NCBI GenBank assembly: GCA_963762255.1
Contig: CAVXKA010000003.1
Coordinates: 736,001-800,000, forward strand
Reading direction: 5' to 3'
DNA length: 64,000 nt
Source of the DNA: Candidatus Eiseniibacteriota bacterium
GTDB lineage: Bacteria > Eisenbacteria > RBG-16-71-46 > JABDJR01
Shown here piece by piece: positions 61,333 through 64,000 of the stretch. Numbering within the stretch: the first letter of the stretch is position 1; every line of letters starts with the position of its first letter. The notes beneath the pieces are model-generated. The model searched no databases, was not told the DNA's origin, and saw only the letters and a list, made by a program, of their open reading frames with translations. The position numbers were made by a program, and so were the translations under genes.

Positions 61333-61367
61333 TGCCGCCGGTCCGAGGGATCCTCGGGCCGGCGGCA
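61333..61367 (+). terminator. 16-bp GC stem-loop after the CDS (no U-tract)
   Basis: TGCCGCCGGTCCGAGG-GAT-CCTCGGGCCGGCGGCA. Confidence 0.45.
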
Positions 61368-61556
61368 TCGCGTTTCCAGCCGTTGACGAGGAAGTCATGT
61401 CGCGATGCCCTGAGCATCCGGCGCCGGGGATAACGCTGCATTCCGCAAGGAGTGAGGTCGTGATAGGTTCCTCCTGGTTCCTGTGAGGAACACGCGTTCA
61501 ACCGGATTGAGGCTGCGAATCCGGCGCACAACTTCTGTCGTTGTCTTGAGTCTGGA

Positions 61557-63314
61557 ATGTACCGACACCTGACCATCCTTCTCCTCCTGCATCTGACCGT
61601 TGGAGCTTCCCCGTCTCGGGGTTCCGCGGCGCAAGACGAGCCCGAAGCGCGCGCGCGACCGGACTCGGCTGAGGTCGAGCGAAGCGGCCAGGAACCCGTC
61701 CTGGAGCGGACCGATCTGAAGTTCCTCGCGTACGCGGGGAAGCACGTCCGGAAGATCCGGGTCATGAATCTCGATGTATTCGGCGCGTCGGTGGACGACA
61801 CCACCCTGGTGACGAAGTCACGGCTGGGGGGATTCCTCAACCACCTGAACTTCCGGACCCGCGAGACGACCGTTCGCCAGACCCTCCTTTTCGGGGAGGG
61901 GGACGCCATCGATCCCTTCCGGCTGGCGGACAGCGAGCGCATCCTTCGTAACCTGGCGTTCATCGCAGATGCCCGGGTCTTCGTGGTGCAGATCCCCGGA
62001 AGCGGCGATTCGGTCGACGTGGGGGTCATCGTGAAGGAAACGTGGACCCTCAAACTCTCAGAGACCCTGAGAGAGGGAAACCGCCTGAAAGTCAGCCTCG
62101 CCGAGCAGAACCTCCTCGGGCTGGGGCACCAGGTCTACGTGGCGGGCACGCTGGACCCGAAAGCCACCCCCCGCTTGGGATTCGATGCGAGCTACTCCAT
62201 GCAGAACATCCGTGGCTCGTTCATCACCGGAAGCCTGGAGTACGCGAAACTGTCCGGCAAGGAAACTGCGGCTCTCACAATGTCCCGCGAGCTGGTCTCT
62301 CCCGTCCTCCGATACGCCGGAGGCCTGGATCTGATACGGACGTCGATCTCAGAACCGGATTCACAGCCGTCCGTGGCCAGCAATAGTTCGGAGTTGGTCG
62401 ATATCTGGGCGGGAAGGCAGATCTATCAGCGGCGCAGTCAGAAAGAAACCGGGACCCCCCGCATCCTGTTCGTTTCGGGCCGGGTCCGGCATCTCAAGTT
62501 CACCAGACGCCCGCCGGTCACGCCGTCCACCTACTATCAGTATCAGAACATGGATCACGTTCTGGGAAGCCTCACCTACATCCACAACTGGCATTACCGC
62601 ACGAATCTCCTGTTCAACTTCGGACGGACCGAGGATGTCCCCTCTGGTGTCCTCGCCCGCGTCACGTACGGATTGGCCGATGAGGAGTTCAGTCAGCGTA
62701 CGTATGCCGCCGTTACGCTGGCGGGCGGGAAGAAGATCGAGAGTCTCGGTTTTGGAGTCGGGGAATTGCGGATCGGCGGGTACCCCAACCGCGGAATGCT
62801 CGAGCAGGGAGTGATCCGCTTGCGGACGCTCTATTTCAGCAATCTCCTGCACACGGGAGGGTTCCGTCTCCGCCAGTTCGTCAGAGCGGCATACATCACC
62901 GGCATCAATCGCTTGGCGGACGACGGCATCGACTTCAACGGCGATGAAGGCATCCGGGGCGTGGTCTACGACGGCAGTGTGACCGGAACCAAACGTCTTC
63001 AGCTCGACCTTGAAACCGTCGCGTTCACCCCTTGGAAGGTGGGGGGAGTCACCCTTGCCTCCTTCACCTTCGCGGAAGCGGATTTCATCGGTTCCGGACG
63101 GAGGAGCGTCTTCACGCAAGACTGCTATTCGGGGCTGGGGCTGGGAGTCCGATTGCACAAGGAGGGCTTCGGCGTCGGACCGGTGCAGCTGCGCTTCGCC
63201 TGGTACCCGAGACTCCCGGTCCGTCATGCCGGGTACTCATTCACCGTGTTCGCGGGGGAACGATTCCCAACGATCGGGCTCCTGGGGAGTGAGCCGGAGA
63301 TCGTGGAGTACTAG
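61557..63314 (+). CDS. POTRA-containing outer-membrane protein (Omp85-like)
   Basis: TRE..VR..LLF.EGD..DP..L..SER.LR.L.FI, E.NLLGLGH, GLG.GVR. Confidence 0.75.
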   Translation: MYRHLTILLLLHLTVGASPSRGSAAQDEPEARARPDSAEVERSGQEPVLERTDLKFLAYAGKHVRKIRVMNLDVFGASVDDTTLVTKSRLGGFLNHLNFRTRETTVRQTLLFGEGDAIDPFRLADSERILRNLAFIADARVFVVQIPGSGDSVDVGVIVKETWTLKLSETLREGNRLKVSLAEQNLLGLGHQVYVAGTLDPKATPRLGFDASYSMQNIRGSFITGSLEYAKLSGKETAALTMSRELVSPVLRYAGGLDLIRTSISEPDSQPSVASNSSELVDIWAGRQIYQRRSQKETGTPRILFVSGRVRHLKFTRRPPVTPSTYYQYQNMDHVLGSLTYIHNWHYRTNLLFNFGRTEDVPSGVLARVTYGLADEEFSQRTYAAVTLAGGKKIESLGFGVGELRIGGYPNRGMLEQGVIRLRTLYFSNLLHTGGFRLRQFVRAAYITGINRLADDGIDFNGDEGIRGVVYDGSVTGTKRLQLDLETVAFTPWKVGGVTLASFTFAEADFIGSGRRSVFTQDCYSGLGLGVRLHKEGFGVGPVQLRFAWYPRLPVRHAGYSFTVFAGERFPTIGLLGSEPEIVEY

Positions 63315-63467
63315 CGGATCCACCCCCGACGCCTGCGACCCCGCTTGACACGCCTTCCTTCTGGTCGCATAGTTTGCACGGATACCGAACAAAGCCCGGG
63401 CCGCCCCTACCCGCTTGGCCTCGGCCCCCCGATCGGATTCGCCCCTAAACGAATGTGGAGGCGAGGG

Positions 63468-64000
63468 ATGACCCTCAGAAATACGATGCTCCTCCCCGTG
63501 ATGGCCGCTCTGGCGGTCCTCTGGACCGTCGGCTGTGAGCGGGACACCTCCGGTCTCAAGCCGGTTCCGGCGGACGACGACCCGGTGGTGTTCTCGGACA
63601 CCTTCGGCAAGGGGGTGGACTTCCAGGCCTTCCTGGGCTCCAAGGTGGATGCCGTCGCCATCGACCAGGCCGAGAAGTACCAGGGTTCGGCTGCCCTGAA
63701 GATCACCGTGCCTCCTCCCGGCGATGCCTCGGGCGGATACGCGGGAGGCGCATTCACCACCCGATACGCGCGCGATCTGTCCGGCTACAACGCTTTGACC
63801 TTCTGGGCCAAGGCGAGCAAGGCGGTGACGCTGGACGTCGCCGGTTTCGGTAACGACAACACCGGCACGTCCAAGTTCGAGGCGAGCCGGAGCGGGATCC
63901 TCCTCTCCACCGCATGGTCGAGGGTCGTGATCCCCATTCCCCTTCCCGCCAGACTCGACTATGAACGCGGACTGTTCTACTTCGCGGAGGGGCCTGAGGG
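63468..64000 (+). CDS. Lipoprotein with carbohydrate-binding-like domain (runs off the right edge)
   Basis: Lipobox TVGC; RDLSGYNALTFWAKAS, W..V.IPIP. Upstream promoter TTGACA-N17-CATAGT at 63345-63373. Confidence 0.75.
   Translation, partial: MTLRNTMLLPVMAALAVLWTVGCERDTSGLKPVPADDDPVVFSDTFGKGVDFQAFLGSKVDAVAIDQAEKYQGSAALKITVPPPGDASGGYAGGAFTTRYARDLSGYNALTFWAKASKAVTLDVAGFGNDNTGTSKFEASRSGILLSTAWSRVVIPIPLPARLDYERGLFYFAEGPE

Overview
GC-rich, gene-dense bacterial chromosome segment from a diderm organism. FlgD-Ig C-terminal domains, a PorV-like barrel and a TWGxxKxLY tail suggest an FCB-group candidate lineage such as Eisenbacteria, Latescibacterota or Krumholzibacteriota; this placement is inference only. 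Most genes are housekeeping or envelope related: larBC with two ECF-type ATPases, dusB, tmk, a CDP-alcohol phosphatidyltransferase, ltaE, HU, etfBA, lolA, pfkA, a moaD-moaE fusion, a LysR gene divergent from inositol-3-phosphate synthase, efp, nfeD-SPFH, OmpA proteins, polX-PHP, hypFCDE, and amt with a porin and a two-component system. The strongest signal is a ~4 kb decayed integrative island (56104-60091) in tRNA-Cys with unusual polarity. Its 62-bp att repeat duplicates the 5' half of the tRNA plus its -10 box, so the intact tRNA appears to use a -35 lying in the last codons of the integrase, while the native tRNA promoter points into the island's sugar-nucleotide genes. Other leads are two long structured 5' leaders, a beta-barrel/OmpA gene pair sharing a private motif, an EF-P with a PGNWRG loop, and a cupredoxin lacking copper ligands. 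Several conserved genes carry single-base frameshifts that look like long-read assembly errors. No CRISPR array or rRNA was seen.
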